Below, in pieces: positions 40,987 to 54,028 of a stretch of DNA of 64,000 nt (its first letter is position 1; the number at the start of each line of letters is the position of its first letter). Below the pieces are notes generated by a model that saw nothing but the letters and a program-made list of their open reading frames with translations, was not told the DNA's origin and made no database searches. This DNA comes from Octopus sinensis (Eukaryota), in contig NC_042998.1 of the NCBI RefSeq assembly GCF_006345805.1, positions 127,720,001 to 127,784,000 of the forward strand. The letters are read 5' to 3'. The translations under genes were made by a program, and so were the position numbers.

Positions 40987-41076
40987 TTTTAGCTGATGAG
41001 TACGGGACACGTTTATATGCTGTAATTTTTACAACTTTTAATAAAGCTGTCCTTGTATGAAACGATTGTACTAAAA
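40987..41076 (+). ncRNA. Third copy of the same hammerhead (inside the tandem duplication)
   Basis: CTGATGA 40993-40999, GAAAC 41059-41063, GTA 41068-41070. Confidence 0.7.
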
Positions 41077-41106
41077 ACCTATCCATTCTTGTTGCTTCTT
41101 TCTCGC

Positions 41107-41172
<66 letters not shown>

Positions 41173-41501
41173 GTAAAGACCTCCTTCGGTCATGAATGAC
41201 CATGGGATTGCACCCAGAAAGTTACCCTCCTAGACACAAGTCCGGGCAAGGTTGTTTATGGAAGACCAGCAGTCGCCCATGCATACCAGCCTCCCCTCTC
41301 CACGCCACCAGTGTTATCCAAGGGAAGGACAAAGGTCGATACAGCTTAGCACCAGTGACGTCGCAACTCATTTCTACAGCTGAGTGAACTGGAGCAACGT
41401 GAAATAAAGTGCCTTGCTCAAGAACACAACACGCAGCCCGGTCCGGGATTCGAGCTCACAACCTCACGATCGTAAGCTCCACGCTCTAACCACTGAGACA
41501 T

Positions 41502-41540
<39 letters not shown>

Positions 41541-41543
<3 letters not shown>

Positions 41544-42236
41544 ACATGGCCCGCAGAATGTGTTCCTGGATTCTCAGAACTTTCCAGTCGAGAGATATCC
41601 ACACCATTATCCTTCTCTTCTCCACTTTTGCCCGACCCCACCTTGAATACTGTTGTCCACTGTGGTCTCCCCACACAATACAAAGTATCATAAAAGTAGA
41701 AGCACCTCAAAGGGCAATCACAAAAACGATAGATGGCATGACAGGCCTCGACTATTGGGGTCGACTAGAAAAGCTAAAACTTTATTCTCTCCAACGTCGT
41801 CGTGAGCGCTACATCATCTGCATGATGTGGAAAATATTCCATCAGCATTGCCCAAATGATGTTGGCATCACCTTTAAGGTACATCCAAGGCTTGGGCCCC
41901 GTGCCATCCGCCCAAAACAAAAATTGCACTCTCATCTCATAACAACAATACGGCACAACTATTTCACCTCAATTGGCCCCGCTCTCTTTAACATTACACC
42001 AAAACACATTAAAACAGAAACTGACCCTATAGGGTTCAAGAAGTCTTTGGACAGATTCCTTCAAGAAATCCCGGATAAACCCCCTACACCCGGATATGTC
42101 TCTGTAAACAATAACTCTCTACTTGAGTGGGCCATAGTGCCCAAATTCTGACTTGAAAGACTTCACCAGGTGGTGCTATTAAGTTAGACATGGCCTGGGC
42201 CAATAATGGCCGAAACCTATCAAAGTATCAAAGTAT
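41541..42236 (+). mobile_element. 5'-truncated CR1-group LINE with an uninterrupted ORF2 C-terminal frame (to 42151) and 3' UTR
   Basis: RPHLEYCCPLWSP...LEKLKLYSLQRRRERY...FKKSLDRFL; ends in the short tandem tail (atcaaagt)2. Confidence 0.9.
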
Positions 42237-43143
42237 ACATATATATATATATATAATTCTTTCTAGCGTGTTGAATCCCACAAGTGGATTCCTTATGTGT
42301 TTCAATGTACACTGTATTTTATGACTAATACATAGTCTTTTGGACTAAATTTTTACACTGGAAGTGAAAATTTCCATTGAATTCCATTTCCCTTTGATAT
42401 GATTATATATATATATATGATTCATCTGTCAGCCTGTATGTGTGTGAGTATGTTTGTGTGTGTGTACGTATTTATGTATGTATTTATGCATGTATATATG
42501 TATGCAGATATGTTTGTGCAGGAAATTGTTGAACTCAATTCAATAGCATACGTTGATCTAATACTTAACTTTAGTTCGTAATACTGTGTTATTTAATTTC
42601 GGCTTAAACATTGATTTTCACCAAATCTTTTTGATTGTTCTATAAACTAGTGACTGCATTATATAATTTTATATATTATTCCAATATTTCCGGCCAAGTT
42701 ATATATTTAGATACTTTGACTAATTCAGAATTCATGGTATCTAATGTTTCAGATTTTGTTCTGAATCAAACATCACAAAGATTCTATTTAAATTCACAAG
42801 TTTTTAATTTCATTTCCTTGCAGCTATTGACCATTACTTCAACATTATCTATTTTATAAGCAAATTCAATATACATTCTTTGAATCGATTTTTTTTCCTT
42901 TTTAGTTCTTCTTTAAATGACAACTGAGACTTATTTGATTTGCCATAGTAAGTCAAGTGAAACGTCAAAATGGCTGTATATACATTAGTACGAAGCCAGA
43001 ACCACACTTGACCTCAACCTCTTTAAATTGTGTCACTCTCATGATATTTAGCTTGTGTGTCTGAACAAGATTCTCAATTGGATTATAGGATAGAAACATT
43101 AAAACCCCCAAGTAATTAAATCCACACGCATTCAATACCATTC

Positions 43144-43219
<76 letters not shown>

Positions 43220-43824
43220 GGATATTAATAATTTTTATTTTAAAGGAAACGTCTGGCTTCAAAATAAAAGAATGGTAACATAAATCAAAACGACTTAAAC
43301 ATCGCAAATCAACCAAGCAGTCGTATGTATTCTGCCAATTGGCTACATATAGCAGCTAACCCTATCTTAAATCAAACAATTTCGTCTTTTATGATAATGA
43401 GCATTGAAGACCTACATTCATTATCATAAAAGACAAGATGGTCATGTTCTCAGGATCGTAGCTGTGTCTGATACAGGTTAATGTGGAAATTAAAGAAAAT
43501 TCAGAACATCAGTAGATTAGAAGTGTTTCGTCTTCTTTTCTCTGTATCAAATGTCTCAAAATTCTACACCTCTACACCATATTCATTTAGTCCCATTGAC
43601 CCCGTTTTTTCGTTGACAGGTATCTTTACCTTTTGACCGGCAGATTTAGAAAATAAAGATCTGTTGACTGTCGTGGCCTGCTATTCTGCCGAGGGTACCA
43701 TAACATATAATTGAACTACTCGTTCCTGGACAAGTGAACAAGATTATCGTTAGCTATACCACATTTAGGGCAATGAATGTTCTCAAATTTTTAATGACAT
43801 TTTTTCTGAAATATGCAAGACCGT

Positions 43825-43871
<47 letters not shown>

Positions 43872-43876
43872 ATATA

Positions 43877-44765
43877 TACGAGGCGGCATCAAAAAATTTC
43901 CGGACTAGTTATGTTTTTCTTTTTTTTTATTAAAATAACTTATTTACCTAAGTTTTAACATCATCTCCTTTGAAATATTCACCTTGTGCAGCAATACATC
44001 AATGCAAGCGCTCCTGTCAAATTTGGAATCCAGCCTTGAAAGTCATTTTTACGTAAGCCCGTCGAGGACCGGCTGCGATTCGTTCTTCATCTCGACAACG
44101 GTGGCCTTTGAGCTACATTTCATCTTGGCGGAAGAGATAGAAGGGTGCAGAAGCGACACCATGTTATTTTTGGCGAGAAACTCGCATGTGAGAAGAACTC
44201 AGTGACAGGGGGCGTTGTCGTCGTGAAGAATGCAGTTCTTCACGCTCCACAGATCTGGTCACTGTCGGCGAATGTCCTCCGTCGAACGCTTTAAGAGGTC
44301 GTTGATTGTTTTCCGACGATCCTCATGCACAAAGTGATGGACTTTCTATACATTTCCGGGGGTGCCGTTCGTGGCAAGTCTTCTAGATCTCTCATCATCT
44401 CCCAGGGACGTTCTTCCGTTTTTGAAGCGCCCGTGCCACTCGAAACATTGCGTACAAACCCATTGCGTCATCGCCGTAAGCTTTCCTAAGCATGCTCAAT
44501 GTGTCTGTAGCAGACTTCCCAAGTTTAACGCAAAATTTCACATAAGCTCTTTGTTTTAACTTCCTGTCCATGATAAAAATCGCAGAATACAGCGTACACA
44601 TGATCACACAACACAAGTTTCACAACTTGCGAAGTACACACAGCAATGTCACTCGACACACTATCTTATGAAGGTCACTGCTAGCTCTCACTGCGCACGC
44701 AACCGTGAATTGACATCTGTTGACGCGCTACAGAATTAGTCTGGGAACGTTTTGTACCACATCGC
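43877..44765 (-). mobile_element. Internally deleted mariner element with degenerate TIRs
   Basis: MDRKLKQRAYVKFCVKLGKSATDTLSMLRKAYGDD (mariner HTH); TIRs tacgaggcggcatcaaaaaatttccggactagtt and aattagtctgggaacgttttgtaccacatcg; ILHDDNAP-type remnant near 44210-44232. Confidence 0.85.
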
Positions 44766-45109
44766 ACAAACATATGCACAAACACACACCCACAGATAAA
44801 AAGATAGATAGAGAAACCTACACATATATCTATATAATCATACATATCTATATCTATTTATCTATATACAAACACAGATGTAAACATACACACACATATA
44901 TATATACACCCATACACACATACGTATATAAAGTCTTCCGAAACACTTTAACAGAGGTATTATTAAGAACGTACAGCATTAATTGATAAAAATACATAAA
45001 AATTTACATTAACATTTTTAAGTGAATTACTCTACATAAAATTATATTTATAGGATATATATTTATATATGTATATATATATAATATATATATACACACA
45101 TATACATAT

Positions 45110-45156
<47 letters not shown>

Positions 45157-45499
45157 ATATGTCGTGGTTTCTCGGTATACACGGTTGATTGATTCCGAGA
45201 GTCACCGTGGAAAGTGAAATCTTGCAAAACGCGTTTAATGATATTAATAATAAAATAGTGCAAACAAAATTTAAAGAATTTATTTATAGAAATGGGGCTT
45301 ACAGATATGATTATCGTGCATTTTTCCAATCCCTTGATAACGTCACTGCTTATGTATCATAGGCGTTTTAATGTTATTAAAGTTGTAGCTATTTTTCTTG
45401 CCTCTCTTGGTTTTTTCTTCTAATAGATAATTCATCTAAATAAAACTGTTTCACAGTTTCACTTGGCCCCTTTCCATTTTCAAGTGATTAAATATAATT

Positions 45500-45710
45500 C
45501 TTTATCTTTTATTTTTTCTGTCATTGGACTGCAGCCATGCAGGAGAATCGCCTTGAATGTCTTTGTCGCACAAATCTCCCCCACTACGTCTCCTTTAAGC
45601 TTGGTAACTTAGTCTAAGAATGTCTTTTGCCAAACCAATTAGTCACAGCGACGTAAACAAACTAACAGCGGCTGTCAAGAGTTGGCGCAGACAAACAAAA
45701 CACAAACTCA

Positions 45711-45715
<5 letters not shown>
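45500..45715 (-). mobile_element. SINE family B, 3' part
   Basis: cagccatgcaggagaatcgcc tail and cgacgtaaacaaactaacagcggctgtcaag body match the other copies. Confidence 0.7.
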
Positions 45716-45745
<30 letters not shown>

Positions 45746-46107
45746 CCCATACAAATATATATATTATTTAATCCTTCCCTGTTTATTTCCTCGTGTTCCT
45801 TTGAGTTGAAGAACGTAGGCTCGAAACATAAAAGACTTTCTCACCCTCCCGAGCATCAAACTGATACACCTGCTTGTTTTTTTATACACCTATCTTCGTC
45901 TTTTGTTTTTCTATAAAATTTCAACTATATTTTTTTTAGATAGATAGATAGATTTGTCCGTTTACACGGTATCACTTTGATCCAGTTCAGCTCTCTGTCG
46001 ATACCTTCATGTAAAATTATATAGGAACACCTCTTTTGTCGTTTGTGATTCAGGGCTAAACAGCGGTGATGTAATTCCCTTACAGGACTGCCACGTTAAG
46101 TTGATAG

Positions 46108-46173
<66 letters not shown>

Positions 46174-47004
46174 CATACATATATATATATACATATATAT
46201 ACACACACATGCACTTATGACTACATGACATCATTAACAGTAAACAACATGAAATACGAATACAAATGAGTTCAGGACGCAAACAATGAGAGAAATAAAT
46301 GAAATCCAGGACAAGTAACACAAAGAACGACACTTCATCAGTTGTCGGCTGCCTCTCTACTCCTCGTTTCGAGCATTCAACGACAATATGAGTCTTCGAA
46401 GACAGTTGCTTCCATAAGTACCAAAAAAAATTGGAATTTATGGAGGATCAAAGTTGGGAACAAAAACAGCACAGTGGAGACATACTAGGAAACCGAACGA
46501 AAACAAACATGGAAGGTCGTTAGACCAGAACGAGGGTAAAATAGTGAACACTGGAGAAATATTTTCTTTGACATGCGAAAAGATAGAAGAGAGAGATAGG
46601 ATACTCCAGTCCTTAGGAAAGTCCTGAATGAAAAGAAAGATGATCACGTGAGGAAAAAATGTGGACGATGGTCACGTATGAGCAACGAGAGAGAGAAAAG
46701 GACAAACAGGGGGAGAGAGAGATAGAAAACGGTGAAAGAGAGAAAAAGGGAATTAGAGAAAAGAATGAGAGAGAGAAAACGAGGGGGGACAAAATAGTAT
46801 TGTGTAGAGTCACATCAAAAGACAAAGATAAACTTACTTGGAAATAGATGGGTGGCGTTCAATCAAGTAATAATATAAATAATATATATATATATATATA
46901 TGCATACACATAAACACACATATATACACAAAATATACACAAGCACATATACACACAAACTCATGCACACACACAAACACACACATATATGTATTCAGAT
47001 ATGT

Positions 47005-47630
47005 GTTTGTGTGGTTCCGAGTGCAGTCTCACTGCGTGGCGCTTGGCCAAGTATCTTCTTCTACAGCGGCAGTTCCCAAAGTGGGCAGTACCGCCTCCTC
47101 CTGGCGGCGGTGGTAAGGTCCAAGGGGGCATTGAAGAAAATTAGGGCGATAATGGTGTGACCAAAATGGGGCAATGGTTGTAAAAGAAACAAACAAAACA
47201 AAAGATTTAAATAGGTTAAGATTTATTTGTGAAATACTGTTGTTTTGAATTCGCTGCAGAAAATAATCTATGCCTGTGATATTGAGTGGGGGGACACTAA
47301 CAATGTAGCCCTAGAAACAGGTGGGTGTTAGCCTGAAAAAGTTTGGGTACGACTGTTCTACAGCATCGGAATGACCAAAGCCTTGTAAACGTATTTGGTA
47401 GACGAAAACTTAAAGAAGAACGTTGTATATATGTAATTTTCTTTGTGTCTGTTTGTACCCTGCCACCGCTTGGTGTGTTTACGTCTCCGTACATAAGCGG
47501 TTCGGCAAATGAAACTGATAGCATAAGGCTTTTAAAAAATAAATACTGAGGTCGATTCATTCGACTAAAATTCTTTAAGGCAGGTGCCCCAGCATGGCCT
47601 CAATCTAATGACTGAAACAAATAAAAGAAA
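47005..47630 (+). mobile_element. SINE family B copy interrupted by a hAT MITE
   Basis: Head gtggttccgagtgcagtctcactgcgtggc; resumes at 47364 (catcggaatgaccaaagccttg); tail ggtgccccagcatggcctcaatctaatgactgaaac. Confidence 0.85.
47067..47355. mobile_element. hAT (Charlie-like) MITE
   Basis: TIRs cggcagttcccaaagt and agtttgggtacgactg; exact 8-bp TSD ttctacag at 47059-47066 and 47356-47363. Confidence 0.85.
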
Positions 47631-47668
47631 ATATCATATATACAACATACATACAGATATACATACAT

Positions 47669-47726
<58 letters not shown>

Positions 47727-47820
47727 CAGAAGGGTATCAAAATACCACTTGACCTGTACAGAGTTCTCGCTCACCGTGTAATGTAATGAATATTTTAGTA
47801 ATAGCGTATAATGTGTCGGG

Positions 47821-47869
47821 TCCAGCTGATTATCTTAAGATAAACAAACCGAAATGTATAGGTCCTGGA
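47821..47869 (+). ncRNA. Decayed hammerhead ribozyme motif
   Basis: tccag-CTGATTA-...-GAAA-tgtatag-GTC-ctgga: perfect 5-bp stem I, G8>T substitution, eroded stems II and III. Confidence 0.5.
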
Positions 47870-50364
47870 ATATACACATCCTTACTTATGTATTCCACGC
47901 AAGGTAAGCCTGTTTCTGTTATGTTTATATCATCCACCGTGTGTATTTTCATAGTGAGTAGATTGTGGTTTAGAGCGACAGCTCTGTTCATCGCAAGTGG
48001 TATTTCAATTCCCTTGTGTATTTTATTTATAATAGCCCTACAAATGTCTAAACTTGCTAGCCACTTTATTATTAACATCATTTTAAATAATGTTAGTGAT
48101 ACTTATTCAATTTATATATATAGTATTAGTATTGCAGTCCCGAATTCGGATACTCGGATTTGCCAAGCGAGAATAATTACCAGAGTCAAGCAACTTATTG
48201 TTAACACCGGTATCACTAAAGGACCGCTATGTTTAGTCGGCATATGAAACCGATTTAAGAGGGAACGCGGTAATCGCCAGGATTAAATATACCTTTAAAC
48301 TCATTTTTGGCATACATATATATATATGAGAGGAGTGTATGTGTGTGAATGCATTATGCATGTATGTATGTCTACAGAAGAAAAGAGAGACGTCGAGAAT
48401 TTGTGGGAGTGAAAAGACGAAACTGATTGAAGAACATAAACTAGCCGAGAATCAAAGGGATTTTGACATAGTGAGAATTTAATCCACCAGCAATTTTTTT
48501 TATTTCATTGATGGAATTGCCTATCCACATCATCTACAAATTTTAACTTCTATAAAAATCAATAATATAATGGTTTCTTACATTAGTAAATTTCATGAAA
48601 AGATTTCGATCGATCCAGATGTATTTTTGGTATTTATTTTTATTAATCTTCGTGATATTACTTAGGAGATAAGTAATATTTAAATTTAAAATGAGACGCA
48701 CTTAGTCCAATATATTGTTGTATGCAATATCTTTTCATCTAACAGAGAGAAGAAAATGAAACTGAAGCACTAAAGATCGTCAAGATAGCGCAGTGATTAT
48801 AGATTACATACTAAATTTATCAATATATTAGGATTTCGAAAATTATCTCGCTCTTTTTGTTTTGTTTTGTTTTGTTTTTTATTTCTTCTTCAGTCCATTA
48901 GATAATATCTGGTTTTCTATGAATGAACGGTAATCTGCTCGAAAATCAAAAGAAATAAAGTAAATATATTAAGAACTGTAAATAGATCGACTGCGTGTTA
49001 GAAACGCTATTCCAGTTTTATAACGGTACACTCATATACATGTTCTTAAATTGATAGATATTGTAAATTGTATTTGCACCTGTAAATATTATATACTATT
49101 CTTCGAGACAATTGTATGCACTCTTTGTCTAAGGCTAACGAAATCATTGATATTTTTCCAACGTATGTCATGAATTCTAATACAAAGGATACACAAGAAA
49201 TACGGTTATTTAAGCCTCAAAGAAATGGTTGATATTGATGATCGATTGACAACTCTAACAAACAGTTTATAAAGTATTCTAAAACATCAAAGCAATATTT
49301 CATTCATTTATTATTTAGTATGTCAATTCTTTAGTTATGAAGTCCTCTTTGAAGCTATTTCAAAGTCGACGTGTGTTGTATAATTTTAAAGTTATAAATT
49401 TTTCCTTTCGTATTTTAGATGTTATCTATGCCCCCAGCCCCAAACTTATTCACTTCACCCCGACCAATACACATTGCATACAATTTTCAATATGGAAATT
49501 GATCGAAATATATACCAATCCAATTGACAGATTTTGTATAATACATTATTTTCCCAATCTTTCCATTTTCCCAATAACTTAGATTCAAGGAAAGTTTTGA
49601 GCAATGTTACAAGTAATTGCATTGCATTAGCTGTCTGAGTTTGTTTTAAGATGCACTTAGATACAAAATAGATGAATTAATTATAATCTAACTAAAACGT
49701 TATTTTGGAGAAATTTTCTAATAGCAACACATGAATTAGTTATATACTTGATAATTGAACAACTTTAAATATATGTCATTGCGGCAATTTTTACATTTTT
49801 ATAGATATTCTGGAAACACTAATTCATATTGGAGAGTATAGAAGTAAAATTATATTTCCGCATTTTAAATTGTAAAATTTTATCAATGCTCTTAAGCTCG
49901 TTTATTTAAAACACTCAGAAAACTATATTCCCAACGCTTTCAGTTTTCACTTTAGAAACAAAATAAATATGATAAGGAAACCAATTTATATATGCAATCT
50001 GTTATTCTTATAGATTTTTAAAACTTCTTGATAGTATTTTAAAAACATGCATTTTATAAACATTTTATTAAACTTTGTTATTCATATTTGTCAAAGAGTT
50101 CACAGCAATGTCACGATGTTTCTTGTATGTATGAAGTGTTTAACATTTTAAATGATTATTTTAATTGAAATAGTTGAGGTTATTTCCGTAGCAGTATGCG
50201 TTAATATTTCTATCTCTTCTTAGTTATCTCAAGGTCCGGTGTTATGTGATCTACGGACCAACCTAAAATAGGCTTATCATAAATAAAATTACTATATGAA
50301 CAGGACAAAATTGTCAGAAAAATTATTATTAGTATTATTATTAACAGTAGCAATAGTAGTGAGA

Positions 50365-50560
50365 CGTCGTGCTGGCAGAATCGTTAACTCACCGGGATAA
50401 ATGCTTAGCGGCATTTCGTTCGTCTGCACGTTCTGAGTTCAAATTGCCTTTCACCTTTTGGGGTCGATAAAATAAGTACCAGTTCATTACGGGGTAGATG
50501 TAATTGACTATCCCCCCTCCCCACCAAATTTCAGGTTTTGTGCCTATAGTAGAAATGATT
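50365..50560 (+). mobile_element. SINE family A copy
   Basis: gctggcagaatcgttaa...gttctgagttcaaatt...ggggtcgataaaataagtaccag...tgtgcctatagtagaaa. Confidence 0.85.
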
Positions 50561-51039
50561 ATTATAGTAGTAGCAGGAGAAGGAGAAGTAGAAGGAGGAG
50601 ATAATATGTATGTGTGAGCATGTATGTATATGTACATACATTTATGCATATGCATATATATGCGTATGTGTGAGTGTCTATACATACATATATACGTATG
50701 TATATATACTTAAGTTATATTTTGTTTAGAACGTACTAGAGTACAGTATAAATCCCGTCCACCTTCAGATTTCAACTAGTGATATCCGACCGTAGCATCA
50801 TACTTACTGTCAGATTTGCGTTGGGGCTTCCGTTGAGTGTGAATGGACAATTGAATAAGTTTGAGTCAACAAGGAGTAGAGAGGAACATTTATTTGTAAT
50901 CACTACAATTGCTTCCGCGCAACGTAATTTTCCAGGTTCGCAGGTATTTGGTTATGTAAGCGTTTCCCTGCATTATATATTGGTTCTTTTCTGCTTATTT
51001 AAATTCTTATTCTGAGGAAGAAGTTGGTTTTTAACAAAG

Positions 51040-51838
51040 ACATAAAGCGCTATCCTTGGGATATAGATAATGAAAACAACTTGAGAAAATGTTCTGCATA
51101 TTTCTTTTCTGTTCCAGATTGTATTTGTAATGTGCAAGTTAATTGGTTCGTTGTTTTTTCTGAAAATTCTACCAGATTTTATCCAGATTTTCACTTGAAC
51201 ATTTGCTCACAAAAACAAGTGCACAAATTATTATTGGTATAAATGTGAATTTATAGCGTAGATATAGAATCTGGGATTTCCTAAGTCGCTGTGCATACTT
51301 ATTCTTCTTCTCGTTGATTTTCAAAAAGACATTCACATCAGCAAGACAGCTGACTTTTATAACGGTACATACTTTCTCATGTCTGTCCCAAACAACAATA
51401 TCAGGCCTGTTATGTTCACACCTGACAGATTTTTTAATGGGAATGTTCCACCAGTATTCCTTGTGTTAATGTGTGTGTGTATATTCAGCAACAAGGTGAT
51501 TTTCTGTATTTATTTCCAAGACAGTCTTTCTTCTAAATGGCATTGCATATATGGGTGTGTATGGTATGTGTATGTCTGTGTGTGTGTGTGTGTGTGCATA
51601 AATATACTTTTTTGTGACAATGTCGTGTCACATAGGGAGGTGACAGTTTTTCACACCCTCTAATCACGTGTGATGACTTCTTCCTCAGAAATACCACATA
51701 GTCTACATTTTCGCCTGTATTTTTGAGCTCACTGTCTTGTTTGTCGTGTAGGTATTTCTTAGCAATCTTATGTTCTTGGATTGCAAATGCATAGCCCTTG
51801 AAGTATGATGTAATGTAGCGGTCACAAGTCCCAGGGAG
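51040..51838 (-). mobile_element. R4/Dong-type non-LTR retrotransposon 3' fragment (zinc knuckle plus restriction-like endonuclease), decayed
   Basis: FKGYAFAIQEHKIAKKYL, KCRLCG...HVIRGC...HDIV, and KEYWWNIPIKKSVRCEHNRPDIVVWDRHEKVCTVIKVSC...EKKNKY...FIPIIICAL. Confidence 0.85.
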
Positions 51839-51844
51839 TGTATC

Positions 51845-52925
51845 ATGCCAATACTTTGCAGACTATTTTATACAATAGTGGTAAAATTCGATTTTACCTT
51901 TTTAGAATGTACTTATATCAGACCCATATTAGTCACTGCATGCTATATGAATTCAAAAGGAAATTCAAATGGAAATTGTTGTGACAGTAGAAATATAGCT
52001 TTAAGTGTCCGGAGATGCCAGAGATAGTTTCACCAGTCTCGCTCGGGAAATGTTCCTCTCGCAGATTTGTTCTCGATCTAGATGACCAAGTTTTGTCTAT
52101 AATGACTTTCCGAAAGCCGTAGTTGAGGAAAATCTGCATGAGAATCAGAAAAATAGTTAAATTCAAATACCTATAAGAATAATATTCATGAACTAGGAAA
52201 TGTGTCGAAACTTGGTGAGTGGGTCCTTCATCAGCTGACTGCTTTTCAGCCTAATCAACTAGCTGCCCTCTGTTCGTCATTGAAGTGCTGACTTACTGTC
52301 AGATCTTTCCTGAGTTGAGAGATCGCAAGTCATGAAAAGTGGGTTCTCGGTAATTATATCCGACGCAAAGGACAAAATCTAGCAACCAATGTAAAAGGAG
52401 AATCTATCCCTAGACCAGGACTATTCATGAGAAAAGTTATAGTTTCTGTGATTTGTAGTATTTAAAGGGAATCGTTTATCATAAAGTAAATTTAAACCAA
52501 AAGAAAACAGCGTATGTTGAAAAATATTGTCATCCACTGTGAGACTTGCATAAAAATTGACAGAAAAGCGTCCGTCATTGGTCAGTCTTGAACGGCTGAA
52601 AAATGTTGTCCAAGACCCCCAAGAAAAGATTATGGCGCTATTAAGGAATTCTTGTTTCATCCTCCTTACCCTTCTGATCTTGCTCCAATTTACTGTCATC
52701 ATTTAAGATCATTGGTTCATTAATTAGATGCAAAACTGTGAAAAGATTAAACAAGATATTGTGCGTTTTTTTGCTTAAAAACCTGAAAGATTTTACGCAC
52801 AATAGGTCAACTATTTAACAAATAGACGGGATTATGTTATCATTAATGAATGGAAATATAATCTTGATAAAATGTATCAATTAAAACCAAAAAAAACCCA
52901 TTTGAAATGTGCTAGGACTTCCAAC
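51845..52925 (+). mobile_element. Decayed mariner transposase
   Basis: HISHCMLYEF, SVRRCQR*FHQSRSG, KLGEWVLHQLT (WVPHEL), SHEKWV, HPPYPSDLAP motifs with many lesions. Confidence 0.85.
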
Positions 52926-53302
52926 ATAAGATGTGTGTGTGCGCGTGCGTGTGTGCAGCGATTGGTGTCAGAGTAATTTATTGAAGATTACGTATGGTAG
53001 AAAATGTATTGCAAGTTATCTATTTATTTTTAATTGCATTCACTGATGTAGTTTTTGAAGTATTTAGAAATAACTGAATTAAAGGAAGATATATATACGT
53101 AGTGAATAAATCCGTTTAAATTATGAAAGATTTAGTCTTCAATTTTTTTTATAATCTAACTTGAATTCCTTTTTCAGTGGTTGCTTTATCGGTAATAACG
53201 TGATATATCGTCTTAATTATACGCATCACTTTCCTCCGTCTATTGTAGCTTCTCCAAACTCTTGTCATCATCATCATCATCCTCATCATCATCATCATCA
53301 TC

Positions 53303-53343
<41 letters not shown>

Positions 53344-53491
53344 CAGCATCAGCAGTAGTACCTAATCGGATACAGAATGTGTGTCGTTAGCCAGCTGGAA
53401 GAGATGTCTTCCTGGGGCTATAAACGTCAGTAGCACTGTCCCGTATAAGACGCCACACTTGGTTGACAATTATATGTTACGATATATATAT

Positions 53492-53812
53492 ATCGTGGCA
53501 CTGCGTCAGTTACGACGACGAGGGTTCCAGTTGAACCGATTAACGGAACATTCTGCTCGTGAAATTAACGTGCAAGTGGCTTAACACTCCACACACACGT
53601 GTACCCTTAACGTAGTTCTCGGGGAGATTCAGGGTGACACAGAGTGTGACAAGACTCGCCCTTTGCAATACAGGTACAACAGAAATAGGATGAAAGAGTA
53701 AGGGAAAGTTGTGGTGAAAGAGTACAGCAGGGTTCGCCACACCCTCTGCCGGAGCCTCGTGGAGCTTTAGGTGTTTTCGCTCAATAAACACTCACGACGC
53801 CCGGTCTAGGAA
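53492..53812 (-). mobile_element. SINE family C, near full length; head cut at the B box by the adjacent hairpin
   Basis: gtggcactgcgtcagttacgacgacgagggttccag...gcccggtctaggaatc; matches 25225-25425. Confidence 0.8.
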
Positions 53813-54028
53813 TCTTCATATTTGGATTCCTCTACAATTTTCATTAGCCCTACCCCTTATATACCTTCATGATACTCTATGTCTTCAATATAATCTTACT
53901 TAACATATATATGTATTTCTATTCATTTCTATATGTTAAGTAAGATTATATTCAAGATCTAGAGTATCATGGAGGTATATAAGAGATAGGGGTAGTGAAA
54001 ATTGTAGAGGAATCCAGACCTGAAGATT
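53811..54028. repeat. Fold-back inverted repeat, 99-bp arms, 20-nt loop
   Basis: 53811-53909 versus the rc of 53930-54028: colinear, about 11 mismatches by manual comparison, no indels. Confidence 0.9.

Larger units (their letters stand above)
40230..41578. repeat. ~675-bp tandem duplication (40230-40906 / 40908-41578)
   Basis: Each unit contains the HHR arm, (TA)n, the SINE, (TA)n and the first ~36 bp of the CR1 fragment; the copies differ only by 1-3 bp indels and TA-tract length. Confidence 0.9.

Noticed and set aside
41414-41540. N-terminal part of the 245-aa ORF
   Set aside because: Chance read-through of an antisense SINE and (TA)n into the CR1 fragment.
47786-48247. 153-aa hydrophobic ORF
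   Set aside because: No domain signal; lies between TA tracts and overlaps a decayed HHR, so it is probably repeat-derived.
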